Source: Clostridia bacterium (lineage in GTDB: Bacteria; Bacillota; Clostridia; Oscillospirales; CAG-272). Taken from it: a stretch of DNA of 64,000 bases. The position numbers and the translations under genes are program-made. The stretch spans positions 662-64,661 of the forward strand of contig JAFTQV010000057.1 in assembly GCA_017462605.1 (NCBI GenBank). The letters are read 5' to 3'. Below are positions 1 through 10,653 of this stretch, in pieces. The notes under the pieces are model-generated. The model saw nothing but the letters and a program-made list of their open reading frames with translations, had not been told where the DNA came from and did no database searches. Positions within the stretch are counted from its first letter, which is position 1. Every line of letters begins with the position of its first letter.

Positions 1-1628
1 CATTTTCTTGCTGCAAAAACCTTACAAGTGTAACTATTCCTAATAGTGTCACAAGCATCGAAGAATCCGCATTCTCTTGCTGCACAAACCTTACAAGTGT
101 GACAATCGGAAATAGCGTTACAAGTATCGGTAATTCTGCGTTCGAACTTTGCGATAAACTTGTTGAGGTAATAAACAAATCGTCGCTTAATATCTGGATA
201 GAAAGCAAAGATTACGGTTATGTAGGATGTTATGCGAAAGAAGTACATAACGGAGAAAGTAAGATAATAAATAAGGACGGATTTTTATTCTATACCTATA
301 GCGGTACAAACTATCTTCTTGGCTACGAAGGAAATGCAACCGAGATTATATTTCCCGATAACTATAACGGCGAAAAATATGAGATTTATAAAGATGCGCT
401 TTATGGTAACGCAAACATTACGAGTGTAACTGTTCCTGACAGTGTCACAAGCATCGGAGACAGTGCGTTCTATAATTGTTCAAGCCTTACAAACGTAATG
501 ATTCCAAATAGCGTTACAAGTATCGGTTATCATGCATTCTCTTATGATCTATTTTCTTTCACGGGTTACGCATACCTTACGAATGTTACAATCCCGAAGC
601 GTTTTGAAGGAAAGCTGAAAGGTATATTCCCGGACGAGGTGCTTGCAAAGAAAGAAGTCTTCCATTTCAGTGCGGCGCAAGATTTACCCGAGAAAAATAT
701 CCTCGAGATCGTGAATGGCGTTCTCATTAGGGTTCATAATAGAAGTATAACAGAGATTGATATCCCCGAGGGCGTTGTTAAGATAGGAGACCGCGCTCTT
801 GAAGGCTGCAAGCTTTTGACGTCGGTAAAGATCCCCGAAACGGTCAAAGAGATCGGAGACTCGGCTTTTTATAAATGCGTAAAGCTTGAATCGGTATCTA
901 TCCCCGATTCGGTGTATTATATCGGAGTTAATGCATTCGATTCATGTACTGCGCTTCGGGAAGTAAAGCTACCGAGCTCACTCAGTCACGTTGACGGATT
1001 TGGCAACTGCACAAGCTTAAGCCATATAGATATTCCGAAAACCGTACGCAGTATCTGCTCATGGGCTTTTACCGACTGTGTAAAGCTTGATGAGGTAGTA
1101 TTACCGCCCTTACTTGAGGATATCGGAGACTGGGCATTTTACGGCTGCAGAGCTCTTAAAAAGATCGAAATACCGTATACGGTAAAGACAGCGGGCAGAT
1201 GCTCTTTCGAAAAATGCCCGGCATTAAAAAGCATGAAGCTTCCGTATCACCTTAAGGGAAGCCTCGATGAGATGACAGGGCTCAAAGAGTCGGAGCGAGG
1301 TAATATAAGCATCGAATACGTGCCGCTTGATCCGAAAAAATTCAAAACAGCAGGCGGCAGGATCGAAGAATGCCTTGTAAAGGATATTTACTCGGTAGAG
1401 ATCCCCGAGGGTGTCATCGGTATAGAAAGCTATGCATTTAAGGGCTGCGCAAGGATTAAGCACGTAACGGTATCGGATAGCGTTGAAAGTATAGCGGAAA
1501 ACGCATTTGCAGACTGCGCTGCGATCGAAGCGGTAACTATTCCTAAGCGCTTCAAGTCCGAGATCAAGGATATCTTCCCGAAGGAGATCTTTAAGCTCTT
1601 CGGCGGAGCAAAGATAACTTACATATAA
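1..1628 (+). CDS. BspA-type leucine-rich-repeat surface protein (5' end outside window)
   Basis: The frame of ORF 99..1628 stays open back to nt 3 (FSCCKNLTSVTIPNSVTSIEESAF...), so the listed start at 99 (GTG) is internal. Periodic units IPxSVxxIGxxAFxxCxxLxxV recur many times, as in LRR_5/BspA proteins. Confidence 0.8.
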   Translation, partial: FSCCKNLTSVTIPNSVTSIEESAFSCCTNLTSVTIGNSVTSIGNSAFELCDKLVEVINKSSLNIWIESKDYGYVGCYAKEVHNGESKIINKDGFLFYTYSGTNYLLGYEGNATEIIFPDNYNGEKYEIYKDALYGNANITSVTVPDSVTSIGDSAFYNCSSLTNVMIPNSVTSIGYHAFSYDLFSFTGYAYLTNVTIPKRFEGKLKGIFPDEVLAKKEVFHFSAAQDLPEKNILEIVNGVLIRVHNRSITEIDIPEGVVKIGDRALEGCKLLTSVKIPETVKEIGDSAFYKCVKLESVSIPDSVYYIGVNAFDSCTALREVKLPSSLSHVDGFGNCTSLSHIDIPKTVRSICSWAFTDCVKLDEVVLPPLLEDIGDWAFYGCRALKKIEIPYTVKTAGRCSFEKCPALKSMKLPYHLKGSLDEMTGLKESERGNISIEYVPLDPKKFKTAGGRIEECLVKDIYSVEIPEGVIGIESYAFKGCARIKHVTVSDSVESIAENAFADCAAIEAVTIPKRFKSEIKDIFPKEIFKLFGGAKITYI

Positions 1629-1648
1629 AGTAAAAAAGGAGGTCGGCC

Positions 1649-3625
1649 ATGAGAAATAAAGAGAGAGCCAATTTTAAGCTCGTCAGCGAATTTGCGCCAA
1701 CGGGCGATCAGCCCGAGGCCATCAGAGCCTTGGTTCAGGGCATCGAAGCGGGCGAAAGAGCGCAAACTCTCGTCGGTGTAACAGGCTCGGGCAAGACCTT
1801 CACTATGGCAAACGTTATCGCCGAGGTAGGCAGACCCGCTCTCGTCCTCGCGCATAATAAAACGCTTGCCGCTCAGCTTTGTACGGAGTTCCGCGAGTTC
1901 TTCCCCGAAAATGCGGTTGAGTATTTCGTCTCCTACTACGATTACTATCAACCCGAGGCATATATACCCGGAAAGGATATGTATATCGAGAAGGATGCGA
2001 TGATCAATGACGAGATAGATATGCTGCGCCATAGCGCAACGAGCGCTCTCTTCGAGAGAAGAGACGTTATCATCGTCGCCTCGGTCTCCTGCATTTATTC
2101 GCTCGGAGATCCTATGGAATACGAGAGCTTACTTGTTTCGGTAAGACCGGGAGCTTTTCTCTCGCGTGATGAGCTGATAGCAAAGCTCGTTTCGATCAGC
2201 TATGAAAGAAACGACGTCAATTTTATGAGAAATAAATTCAGAGTCAGAGGCGATACGGTAGAGATCTTTCCCGCAAACGCGAAGGAAGAGGCGATACGCG
2301 TTGAGTTCTTCGGCGATGAAATAGAAAGAGTCACCAAGATCAATACGGTGACGGGAGCGGTAAAGGAAGAGCTTTCCTACGCCGCGGTTTTCCCTGCGAC
2401 TCACTATGCCGTTTCAGATGAGAAAAGAGAAGCAGCTCTTCGTGAAATAGAAGCGGAGATGAGAGAAAGAGTTGAGTTCTTCAAGTCTCAGAATAAGCTT
2501 ATCGAGGCTCAGAGAATAGAGGAAAGAACCAAGTACGATATCGAAATGCTCAGAGAGGTCGGCTTCTGCTCGGGAGTTGAGAACTATTCAAGAGTCCTCT
2601 CGGGCAGACCAGAGGGCTCAACTCCCTATACGCTTCTCGATTATCTGCCCGATGATTACGTCCTCTTCGTTGATGAGTCTCACGTAACGCTGCCGCAGGT
2701 AAGAGGAATGAGCGGCGGAGACTTTGCGAGAAAAAAGAACCTCGTAGACTACGGCTTCCGCCTGCCGAGCGCATTTGACAACAGACCTCTTTTCTTCGAT
2801 GAATTTTTAGAAAGAATAGGTCAGGTGGTATTCGTCAGCGCAACTCCGTCCGAATATGAAAAGAGCGAAAGCTCAAGTATAGTCGAGCAGCTCATAAGAC
2901 CCACGGGCCTCGTTGACCCCGAGATAATCGTGCGCGAGATAGAAGGTCAGATAGACGATCTTATCGGCGAGATAAGAGGGGTGACGGCAAGAGGAGAAAA
3001 AACTCTCGTCACCACAATGACCACGAAGATGGCAGAGGATCTGACAGAGTATCTCTCCACTCACGGAATAAAGGTCAAGTATATACACCATAGAGTTGAG
3101 ACCATAGAAAGAATGCAGATCATAAGAGACTTGAGGCGCGGTGAATACGACGTTCTCGTCGGAATAAACCTTCTCCGAGAGGGACTTGATATCCCCGAGG
3201 TATCCCTCGTCGCGATACTTGATGCGGATAAAGAGGGCTTCCTTCGAAGCGAGACGTCACTTATACAGACCGTGGGCAGAGCCGCAAGAAACGTCAACGG
3301 CAGAGTCATCATGTATGCAGACAGTATAACGAGATCAATGAGAGCGGCGATAGACGAGACCGAAAGACGCCGCAGAATACAAATGGAGTATAACGAGAAA
3401 AACGGCATTACTCCGAGGAGCATAACCAAGAAGATAATGGACGTTATCGAGATCGGTAAGAAGGTCAAGGACGAAAACGGTAAGGAAAGAAAGCTTACCC
3501 GCCCCGAAAGAGAAAAGCTTATAGAGAAGCTGACTCAGGAAATGAAGGAAGCGGCAAGGCAGCTTGAATTCGAAAAGGCGGCGTATATCCGAGATAGAAT
3601 TAAGGATCTCAGAACAACGAAATAA
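1649..3625 (+). CDS. uvrB: excinuclease ABC subunit B
   Basis: 658 aa. Walker A GVTGSGKT, helicase motifs, C-terminal UVR motif ([16 protein letters not shown]). SD AAGGAGG lies upstream of the ATG. Confidence 0.97.
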   Translation: MRNKERANFKLVSEFAPTGDQPEAIRALVQGIEAGERAQTLVGVTGSGKTFTMANVIAEVGRPALVLAHNKTLAAQLCTEFREFFPENAVEYFVSYYDYYQPEAYIPGKDMYIEKDAMINDEIDMLRHSATSALFERRDVIIVASVSCIYSLGDPMEYESLLVSVRPGAFLSRDELIAKLVSISYERNDVNFMRNKFRVRGDTVEIFPANAKEEAIRVEFFGDEIERVTKINTVTGAVKEELSYAAVFPATHYAVSDEKREAALREIEAEMRERVEFFKSQNKLIEAQRIEERTKYDIEMLREVGFCSGVENYSRVLSGRPEGSTPYTLLDYLPDDYVLFVDESHVTLPQVRGMSGGDFARKKNLVDYGFRLPSAFDNRPLFFDEFLERIGQVVFVSATPSEYEKSESSSIVEQLIRPTGLVDPEIIVREIEGQIDDLIGEIRGVTARGEKTLVTTMTTKMAEDLTEYLSTHGIKVKYIHHRVETIERMQIIRDLRRGEYDVLVGINLLREGLDIPEVSLVAILDADKEGFLRSETSLIQTVGRAARNVNGRVIMYADSITRSMRAAIDETERRRRIQMEYNEKNGITPRSITKKIMDVIEIGKKVKDENGKERKLTRPEREKLIEKLTQEMKEAARQLEFEKAAYIRDRIKDLRTTK

Positions 3626-3643
3626 ATAGAAAAGTGTAAGAAA

Positions 3644-6469
3644 ATGTCAAGAAATATAGTCATAAAAGGCGCAAAAGTTAATAATCTTAAAAATATTGAC
3701 GTTACTATACCGAGAGACAAGCTCGTCGTACTGACGGGGCTTTCGGGAAGCGGAAAGTCATCGCTCGCGTTTGACACTCTCTATGCCGAGGGGCATAGGC
3801 GCTTCGTTGAGAGCCTTTCAAGCTATGCGAGAATGTTTATAGGTCAGATGGATAAGCCCGAGGTAGATCTTATCGAGGGGCTTTCTCCCGCGATATCGAT
3901 AGATCAGAAGACAACCTCGAAGAACCCGAGATCCACGGTAGGAACGGTAACCGAGATATACGACTATCTCCGTCTGCTTTACGCAAGAGTAGGTCATCCG
4001 CACTGCCCGGTATGCGGTAAGGAGATCACTCAGCAGACGCAGGATCAGATAGTGGATAGAATATTATCGCTCCCCGAGGGGGAAAGAATAGCAGTGCTGT
4101 CTCCTGTTGTCAAAGCGGAGAAGGGAAGGCATGAAAAGGTATTTGAGGCGGCGAGAAAAAGCGGCTTCGCCCGTGTCCGCGTGGACGGAAATATGTACTC
4201 GCTCGACGAGGAGATAACGCTTGATAAAAATAAAAAGCATACAATAGATATAGTTGTAGATAGACTTGTCATCAAGCCCGATATAACCTCGCGCCTTTCG
4301 GATTCCGTTGAGAGCGCGCTTAAGGCATCGGGCGGTAAGGTTACCGTTGTGACAGTTCCCCGTGAGGGCGAGGGTAAAGAGCTTGAATTCTCGCAGAAGT
4401 ATATGTGCGAGGAGCATGGAATAAGCTTCCCGGAGCTTGAGCCGAGAATGTTCTCCTTCAATAACCCTATCGGCGCGTGCCCCGAATGCGCGGGCATTGG
4501 AAATATGCAGAGAATATCCGTCCGCAAGCTTATTCCTCATCCCGAGCTTTCACTCAGAGAAGGAGGCATAGCCGCAAACGGATTTAAGTCTATGACCGAG
4601 GATTCCTGGACGGGTCCCGTGCTTGCCGCGGTCGGCAAGGATTACGGCTTTGACCTTGATACTCCTCTTAAGGAGTATTCAGAGCGCGCCATGGACGTGC
4701 TTATGTACGGAACGAGAGACGGCAAGAAATACAACGTTATCCGCTATTTCGGCGGCGAAGGCAGAGAGCAGAACGCAACCTTTGACGGTATAGTCAATAT
4801 AATCGAAAGACGAATGAAGATGGCAGGCGGAGACTATTATCAGGAGTTCGTTGAAGAGGTCGCGTGCCCGAGATGCCGCGGAAGAAGGCTTTCAGATCTT
4901 GTTTTAGCGGTGACGGTAGGCGGACTCAATATAGATGAATTCTGCTCTATGACGGTCTCTCGCGCGCTTGATTTCGTGGAAAAAATAGAATTTACCGATT
5001 CCGAGGCAACGATAGCCAAGGAAGTCATAAAGGAAGTCAGATCGAGGCTCAACTTCTTGAAGAGTGTAGGACTTGATTATCTGAACCTCAGCCGTACTGC
5101 GGGAACTCTTTCGGGCGGCGAGGCGCAGAGAATAAGGCTTGCCACCCAGATCGGTTCATCGCTGACGGGAGTTCTTTATATCCTTGACGAGCCGAGCATA
5201 GGTCTTCACCAAAGAGATAACGGTAAGCTTATCGGTACTCTTAAAAATCTTCGTGATCTTGGCAACAGCGTGATAGTCGTTGAGCATGACGAGGAGACGA
5301 TGAGGGAGTCCGATTATATAGTGGATATCGGACCCGGAGCGGGTATTCACGGCGGTGAGGTGGTTGCCGTCGGCACACCCGATGAGGTCGCCGCATGCCA
5401 TAGATCGGTGACGGGAGATTATCTTTCGGGCAGAAGAGTTATTGAAGTGCCTAAGACGAGAAGACCCGGCAACGGCAAATTCCTTCGTATTATAGGCGCA
5501 GAGGAGAATAACCTTAAGAAAATTGACGTTGATATACCTCTCGGCTGCTTTATCGCCGTCACGGGAGTATCGGGCAGCGGTAAGTCATCGCTCGTCAACG
5601 CCGTTCTGTACAGAACCCTCGCCAGAGACCTCAACCGCGCGATAACGTATCCGGGTAAGGTCGAGCGCATAGAAGGGCTCTCGGAGCTTGATAAGGTCAT
5701 AGCGATAGATCAGAGCCCGATCGGAAGAACTCCGAGATCAAACCCGGCAACCTATACGGGACTCTTTACCGATATCAGAACTCTTTTCGCCAAAACCAAG
5801 GACGCCAAGGCGAAGGGCTACGAGGCAGGCAGATTTTCCTTCAATATCAAGGGCGGCAGATGCGAGGCTTGCGAGGGAGACGGAGTCAAATGCATTGAGA
5901 TGAACTTCCTGCCCGACGTTTACGTCAAGTGCGACGTGTGCCGCGGAAAGAGATACAACAGAGATACCCTTGAGGTCAAATACAAGGGAAAGAATATTTA
6001 TGACGTGCTTGAAATGTCGGTTGAAGAGGGCATAACCTTTTTTGACGGTATACCGCAGATACAAAGAAAGCTTCAGACACTCTTTGACGTCGGACTCGGC
6101 TATATAAAGATCGGTCAGTCCTCAACCACGCTTTCGGGTGGAGAGGCGCAGAGAGTCAAGCTTGCAACAGAGCTTTCAAAGCGCTCCACCGGCAAAACGG
6201 TGTATATTCTTGACGAGCCCACCACAGGACTTCATACCGAGGACGTCTCAAAGCTGATAGCAATACTTCAAAGACTTGCGGACGGCGGCAATACGGTAAT
6301 AGCGATAGAGCATAATCTTGATCTTATCAAGACGGCAGATCATATTATCGACCTCGGTCCTGAGGGCGGAGAGGGCGGCGGAACAGTCGTTGCCTCGGGA
6401 ACCCCAGAGCAGGTCGCAAAATGCGAAAGATCCTATACGGGAAAATTCCTTCGCGAAAAGCTAATATGA
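3644..6469 (+). CDS. uvrA: excinuclease ABC subunit A
   Basis: 941 aa. Two ABC ATPase modules (GLSGSGKSS and GVSGSGKSS, two LSGGE signatures), zinc-finger CxxC pairs. Confidence 0.97.
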   Translation: MSRNIVIKGAKVNNLKNIDVTIPRDKLVVLTGLSGSGKSSLAFDTLYAEGHRRFVESLSSYARMFIGQMDKPEVDLIEGLSPAISIDQKTTSKNPRSTVGTVTEIYDYLRLLYARVGHPHCPVCGKEITQQTQDQIVDRILSLPEGERIAVLSPVVKAEKGRHEKVFEAARKSGFARVRVDGNMYSLDEEITLDKNKKHTIDIVVDRLVIKPDITSRLSDSVESALKASGGKVTVVTVPREGEGKELEFSQKYMCEEHGISFPELEPRMFSFNNPIGACPECAGIGNMQRISVRKLIPHPELSLREGGIAANGFKSMTEDSWTGPVLAAVGKDYGFDLDTPLKEYSERAMDVLMYGTRDGKKYNVIRYFGGEGREQNATFDGIVNIIERRMKMAGGDYYQEFVEEVACPRCRGRRLSDLVLAVTVGGLNIDEFCSMTVSRALDFVEKIEFTDSEATIAKEVIKEVRSRLNFLKSVGLDYLNLSRTAGTLSGGEAQRIRLATQIGSSLTGVLYILDEPSIGLHQRDNGKLIGTLKNLRDLGNSVIVVEHDEETMRESDYIVDIGPGAGIHGGEVVAVGTPDEVAACHRSVTGDYLSGRRVIEVPKTRRPGNGKFLRIIGAEENNLKKIDVDIPLGCFIAVTGVSGSGKSSLVNAVLYRTLARDLNRAITYPGKVERIEGLSELDKVIAIDQSPIGRTPRSNPATYTGLFTDIRTLFAKTKDAKAKGYEAGRFSFNIKGGRCEACEGDGVKCIEMNFLPDVYVKCDVCRGKRYNRDTLEVKYKGKNIYDVLEMSVEEGITFFDGIPQIQRKLQTLFDVGLGYIKIGQSSTTLSGGEAQRVKLATELSKRSTGKTVYILDEPTTGLHTEDVSKLIAILQRLADGGNTVIAIEHNLDLIKTADHIIDLGPEGGEGGGTVVASGTPEQVAKCERSYTGKFLREKLI

Positions 6470-6477
6470 GGTGAAAT

Positions 6478-7044
6478 ATGTATTACAGCGCGATAAAAAG
6501 ATCGGACATCGCCAACGGAGAGGGTATAAGAACCACTCTTTTCGTTAGCGGATGCCGAAATAAATGCAAAAATTGCTTCAACCCCGAGACATGGAGCTTC
6601 ACACACGGCGAGCCCTTTACCCCTGAGGTGGCAGAGAGCATTCTCGCAACCTTCCGCTCACCCTTTGTGGCGGGAATGACGCTTCTCGGCGGCGAGCCTA
6701 TGGAGCCCGAAAATCAGCGCGAGCTTTTGCCTTTTATAAGAGAGTTCAAGAAACGATATCCCGATAAAACGCTTTGGATATTCACGGGAAATCTCTACGA
6801 GGAGCTGACAGCGGGAGTGGGAAACCACCCGAAATGCACCAATGACACAGCCGAGCTTCTTTCTTATGCTGATATTCTTGTTGACGGAAGATTTGAGGAA
6901 GATAAAAAGAGCCTCGGAATAAGATTCAGAGGCTCAACAAATCAACGTATAATAGATATGAATAAGACGAGAGAGACGGGAGAGATCGTCATCTGGGAAG
7001 GCTGTAAGCTTGATAAAATTTATAAAAGCGAGGATAAAAAGTAA
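6478..7044 (+). CDS. nrdG: anaerobic ribonucleoside-triphosphate reductase activating protein (radical SAM)
   Basis: 188 aa. N-terminal GxGxRxxxFxxGCxxxCxxCxN pattern (GEGIRTTLFVSGCRNKCKNCFN), size typical of NrdG. No nrdD in the window. Confidence 0.8.
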   Translation: MYYSAIKRSDIANGEGIRTTLFVSGCRNKCKNCFNPETWSFTHGEPFTPEVAESILATFRSPFVAGMTLLGGEPMEPENQRELLPFIREFKKRYPDKTLWIFTGNLYEELTAGVGNHPKCTNDTAELLSYADILVDGRFEEDKKSLGIRFRGSTNQRIIDMNKTRETGEIVIWEGCKLDKIYKSEDKK

Positions 7045-7481
7045 TGAAGATGAAGATAAAGAAGCTTAATGAAAGAGCAAGAATACCCACCTATGGCACC
7101 GAGTTTTCGGCAGGCGCGGATCTTTACGCTCTTCTTGACGCACCGCTTACTATCGCTCCGCATACCACGCAGTTTATACATACAGGGCTTGCAATGGAGA
7201 TCCCCGAGGGATATGCAGGGCTTATATTCGCGAGAAGCGGTCTCGCCTCAAAGAAGGGGCTTGCCCCGGCGAATAAGGTCGGCGTTGTTGACCCCGACTA
7301 TCGCGGAGAATTTATGGTAGCCCTTCATAATCACACCGATGAAGAAAAGACGGTCGAGGACGGCGAGAGGATTGCTCAGCTCGTTATCGTTCCGTTTATC
7401 ACGGCGGATTTCGAGCTTTCAGATGAGCTTTCGGATACCGTTCGCGGTGAGGGCGGCTTCGGATCTACGGGTAAAAAGTAA
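7044..7481 (+). CDS. dut: dUTP diphosphatase
   Basis: 145 aa. dUTPase motifs (AGADL, GVVDPDYRGE, RIAQLV, RGEGGFGSTG). The ATG overlaps the nrdG stop by 1 nt. Confidence 0.93.
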   Translation: MKMKIKKLNERARIPTYGTEFSAGADLYALLDAPLTIAPHTTQFIHTGLAMEIPEGYAGLIFARSGLASKKGLAPANKVGVVDPDYRGEFMVALHNHTDEEKTVEDGERIAQLVIVPFITADFELSDELSDTVRGEGGFGSTGKK

Positions 7482-7496
7482 AATTTACAAAATAAA

Positions 7497-7540
7497 ATGC
7501 GCTTATGTCAACCGAGAAGGCCGGGCATAAGCGCTTTTTT
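7497..7540. terminator. bidirectional rho-independent terminator between dut (+) and 7546..7851 (-)
   Basis: Stem ATGCGCTTATG 7497-7507 / CATAAGCGC 7526-7534, followed by T6. An A-run on the other side serves the minus strand. Confidence 0.7.
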
Positions 7541-7545
7541 ATTAA

Positions 7546-7851
7546 TTAATCGTTTACTGATTTATTAGTATTGGCTTTCTTTTTATTTTCAATAGAGTCG
7601 ACCGCATAATTAACGACCTTATTGAGAGCGTAGATAACGAGTATGATAGCACCGATAACGATGAATATACAAAGCATACCCTTCCACATATACTGAAGGG
7701 AGTTGACAAATCTCTGAAAATCAATACTTACACCGATCCCGCTGCTTCCGTTATTTTCAGCCCCGTCTTCCGCAAATGCGAAGAGCGAGAAAACCGAGAG
7801 CGAAAGAGCTATCATAACGATAAGAAGAAGTATTTTAGATGATCTTTTCAT
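7546..7851 (-). CDS. small two-TM membrane protein, possibly OadG-like decarboxylase subunit
   Basis: 101 aa with an N-terminal hydrophobic segment. A second TM (GMLCIFIVIGAIILVIYAL) resembles the OAD-gamma motif. Lies 15 nt downstream of the beta-subunit gene. Confidence 0.45.
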   Translation of the reverse strand: MKRSSKILLLIVMIALSLSVFSLFAFAEDGAENNGSSGIGVSIDFQRFVNSLQYMWKGMLCIFIVIGAIILVIYALNKVVNYAVDSIENKKKANTNKSVND

Positions 7852-7866
7852 TTTCGGTCTCCTTTC

Positions 7867-8982
7867 TTAAATAAGAGGAAGCATAAAGCTCAAGATAAGA
7901 CCGCCTGCGATAACTGATGCGATCTGACCCGAAACGTTAACGCCGATGGACTGCATAAGAAGGAAGTTCTGAGAGTCAGCCTCAAGACCCATCTTATGAA
8001 CGACACGGCCCGACATGGGGAATGCGGAAATACCCGCAGCTCCGATCATGGGGTTGATCTTTTCCTTAAGGAAGAGGTTTAAAAGCTTAGCGAAGAGAAC
8101 GCCGCCCGCGGTATCGAAGATAAATGCGAAAAGACCGAGACCGAGAATGAGGAGAGTGCTCCAGTTGAGGAAGAGGTCTGCCTGCATCTTGGTAGCGATG
8201 GTGATACCGAGGAATATAGTGACGAGGTTTGCAAGAACCTTCTGCGCAGTCTCGGAAAGAGAATCAAGAACTCCGCACTCACGGATAAGGTTACCGAACA
8301 TAAGGAATCCAACGAGGGCAACCGATTCGGGAGCAACGAGACCTGCGATAACTGTGATAACGATGGGGAAGCAGATCTTGACAAGCTTGGATATCTTCTG
8401 AGGCTTATAGGGCATTCTGATCTTTCTTTCCTTCTCGGTAGTCATAAGCTTGATTACCGGAGGCTGAATGATAGGAACAAGAGCCATATATGAATAAGCG
8501 GCAACCATTATAGCACCGGTGATCGCCGAGTCGCTTCCGAGAAGCTTCTGAGCAACGACTATCGCGGTAGGACCGTCTGCCGCGCCGATTATACCGATCG
8601 ATGCAGCCTCGGGAAGCTCGAAGAAGATAGAAGCAAGGCAGAAGGTAAAGAATATACCGAACTGAGCCGCGGCTCCGAATATCATAAGCTTCGGGTTACT
8701 GAGGACAGGGCCAAAGTCGATCATCGCTCCGATACCGATAAAGAGTATGAGAGGGAAAAGCTCGTTGGCAATACCCGCATCAAAAAGGGTGGTGAGAGGA
8801 CCGTGTTCTCCAATAGCGCCGGAAAGCGGAAGGTTAACGAGAATAGTTCCGAATCCGAGAGGGAGAAGAAGGGTAGGCTCCATTTCCTTCTTGATAGCAA
8901 GGAAAATGAGAACGCCGCCGATGATCCACATGACGATGTGCTTCCAGCTTAGCTGGAGAATGGTTGACCAAAGAATATCCAT
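7867..8982 (-). CDS. sodium ion-translocating decarboxylase beta subunit (OadB/GcdB/MmdB family)
   Basis: 371 aa polytopic membrane protein. Family-typical blocks (LLPLGFGTILVN, GAADGPTAI, AAGISAFPMSGRV). Confidence 0.85.
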   Translation of the reverse strand: MDILWSTILQLSWKHIVMWIIGGVLIFLAIKKEMEPTLLLPLGFGTILVNLPLSGAIGEHGPLTTLFDAGIANELFPLILFIGIGAMIDFGPVLSNPKLMIFGAAAQFGIFFTFCLASIFFELPEAASIGIIGAADGPTAIVVAQKLLGSDSAITGAIMVAAYSYMALVPIIQPPVIKLMTTEKERKIRMPYKPQKISKLVKICFPIVITVIAGLVAPESVALVGFLMFGNLIRECGVLDSLSETAQKVLANLVTIFLGITIATKMQADLFLNWSTLLILGLGLFAFIFDTAGGVLFAKLLNLFLKEKINPMIGAAGISAFPMSGRVVHKMGLEADSQNFLLMQSIGVNVSGQIASVIAGGLILSFMLPLI

Positions 8983-9082
8983 TTTTGTCTTCCTTTTTCT
9001 TTCATTTACAAAATTTTCATCCTTACTATTTTATCACAAATAATATAATTATTTGTTAATAAACTGTTAACAATATACTTTA

Positions 9083-10498
9083 TTAATATGCAATCGCATC
9101 AGCGATAGCCTCTCCCAGCTCCGAAATAAAGTATTCCCATATCTTCGGCGCAGATCCCTCGCCTCGGAAGCCGAGAACTATTCCGCCGCCAATGTCGATG
9201 ACAGCGGCGTAGGTAAGTCCTTTATGAGTCGAGCCATGATACTCCTGCTTCCAGCATTTGAAGTGCGCGTCCTTAAGCACGTTAATGAACCGCTCCTTAT
9301 CGGGCGTGAAGCTTATTTCGGCTTCATTGCCCTTCATTGTCACGTAGGCTATGTTGCGATCGGGGTAAAGCTTAAATCTGCTTATCGGAATATCGGGGCT
9401 CTTGATAGCTATCCCGAAGGATTTCAGAAGATCAAGATTATTGTTGAAGGCGCGATCCTCTATGCTTAGCCTCATAGTGGGTGATGAGCCATCCTCAGAG
9501 GCTGTCATACGAAATCTCATATCGTTAATTACGTTCTTTATTACTCTGTCAAAGAATCTGCCGCTGTATGCGAAGGTTTCCTCTCTTATAGCGGCTATAT
9601 ATACACTAAAGTTAGCATAATCGGTCGTTTTTGATATTATATAGAGAATATCAAAGTAATTGATCTTCTTGGTGATATCCTCAAAAAATATAAGGTGATC
9701 AGCGCCGAAAAGAGCAGCTTTTTTATCGAGCCCCGTGATCGGAATACCGAGCGTAAGCCCCACCTTGCCGACTTCCTCAAGCTTTCTTGAAAGGAAGTAA
9801 AGGAGCGGGCAGGTCCTTTCCGAAAGGTATATATCCTCATCGCTTTTTATCATATCGGGTAGTATTATTTTTCGGGTATGACGGTCTATGGCAACAGTAT
9901 TACCGCCCGCCTTCATCTCGCATAAGCTCTCGCTTATTCCGAAGCCTAAAGACATCAGCATACAAAGCTCGTGAAAGCTTACCTTATCTGAAGGATAGCT
10001 TCTCAGATGAATGAATTCCTCGTATTCAACGGGATCTTCAATTTCGATTATGTAGCAGTCATCGTATATTCTGTCAACGTAAAAGCAGATAAGATCGTAA
10101 AAACCGGGGAAGTCCTCTTTGCGTGAGATTCTTATGAATTTTGCGCCCATATATCTTGCGAATTTTATCTGATATTCGATCAGGGCGAAGGCATCGTCTC
10201 TGTTGCCGCCGTCAAGCCCGAATTCAATAGCGTCCATATATGAGTCGTATGCGGAAAAGCCGTATTTATCCTCGGTAAGATATTCTTTTGAGGATGAAAA
10301 ATAGGCGTCGATATAAGATTCGGTGTAAAGCGAAACGTAATAGCAGGGCTTTCCCGATCTGTCATCCTTATCGTGGGTGTAATTATATTCGTTATCGGGA
10401 TAGTCTCTCCACCATCCTTCGTTGGCAAATTCGTCAACTCGCAGATATCTGAAATGATCGGGGGATTCATCTTTAAATACCGCATCGGAATATTTCAA
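9083..10498 (-). CDS. hypothetical cytoplasmic protein, no family recognised
   Basis: Long 471-aa ORF with no TM or signal peptide. It has its own AT-rich upstream region, and no competing gene on the other strand. Confidence 0.7.
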   Translation of the reverse strand: MKYSDAVFKDESPDHFRYLRVDEFANEGWWRDYPDNEYNYTHDKDDRSGKPCYYVSLYTESYIDAYFSSSKEYLTEDKYGFSAYDSYMDAIEFGLDGGNRDDAFALIEYQIKFARYMGAKFIRISRKEDFPGFYDLICFYVDRIYDDCYIIEIEDPVEYEEFIHLRSYPSDKVSFHELCMLMSLGFGISESLCEMKAGGNTVAIDRHTRKIILPDMIKSDEDIYLSERTCPLLYFLSRKLEEVGKVGLTLGIPITGLDKKAALFGADHLIFFEDITKKINYFDILYIISKTTDYANFSVYIAAIREETFAYSGRFFDRVIKNVINDMRFRMTASEDGSSPTMRLSIEDRAFNNNLDLLKSFGIAIKSPDIPISRFKLYPDRNIAYVTMKGNEAEISFTPDKERFINVLKDAHFKCWKQEYHGSTHKGLTYAAVIDIGGGIVLGFRGEGSAPKIWEYFISELGEAIADAIAY

Positions 10499-10598
10499 GG
10501 CGCATATCTCCTTTGACTGATGTTTTAATCATATTCTAACATAACGTCCGCCAAATTTCAAGAGTCGGTAAAAAACTTAAGTCATATGCTGACCGCCA

Positions 10599-10627
10599 TT
10601 GACTTTTTGTTTGGTCTATGGTAAAAT
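10599..10627 (+). promoter_or_regulatory. sigma-A-type promoter for the threonine aldolase gene
   Basis: TTGACT 10599-10604, 17-nt spacer, TGgTAAAAT with -10 at 10622-10627. Confidence 0.45.
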
Positions 10628-10653
10628 TATGAAAAAAGGAAAAGAGGATAGAT

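Noticed and set aside
1-1628. Periodic nucleotide repeats (here and in 52219..56985) as possible CRISPR or tandem-repeat arrays
   Set aside because: The periodicity is at the protein level (LRR units and MBG/Ig-like units). The units are diverged, in frame and without spacers, so they are not CRISPR-like.
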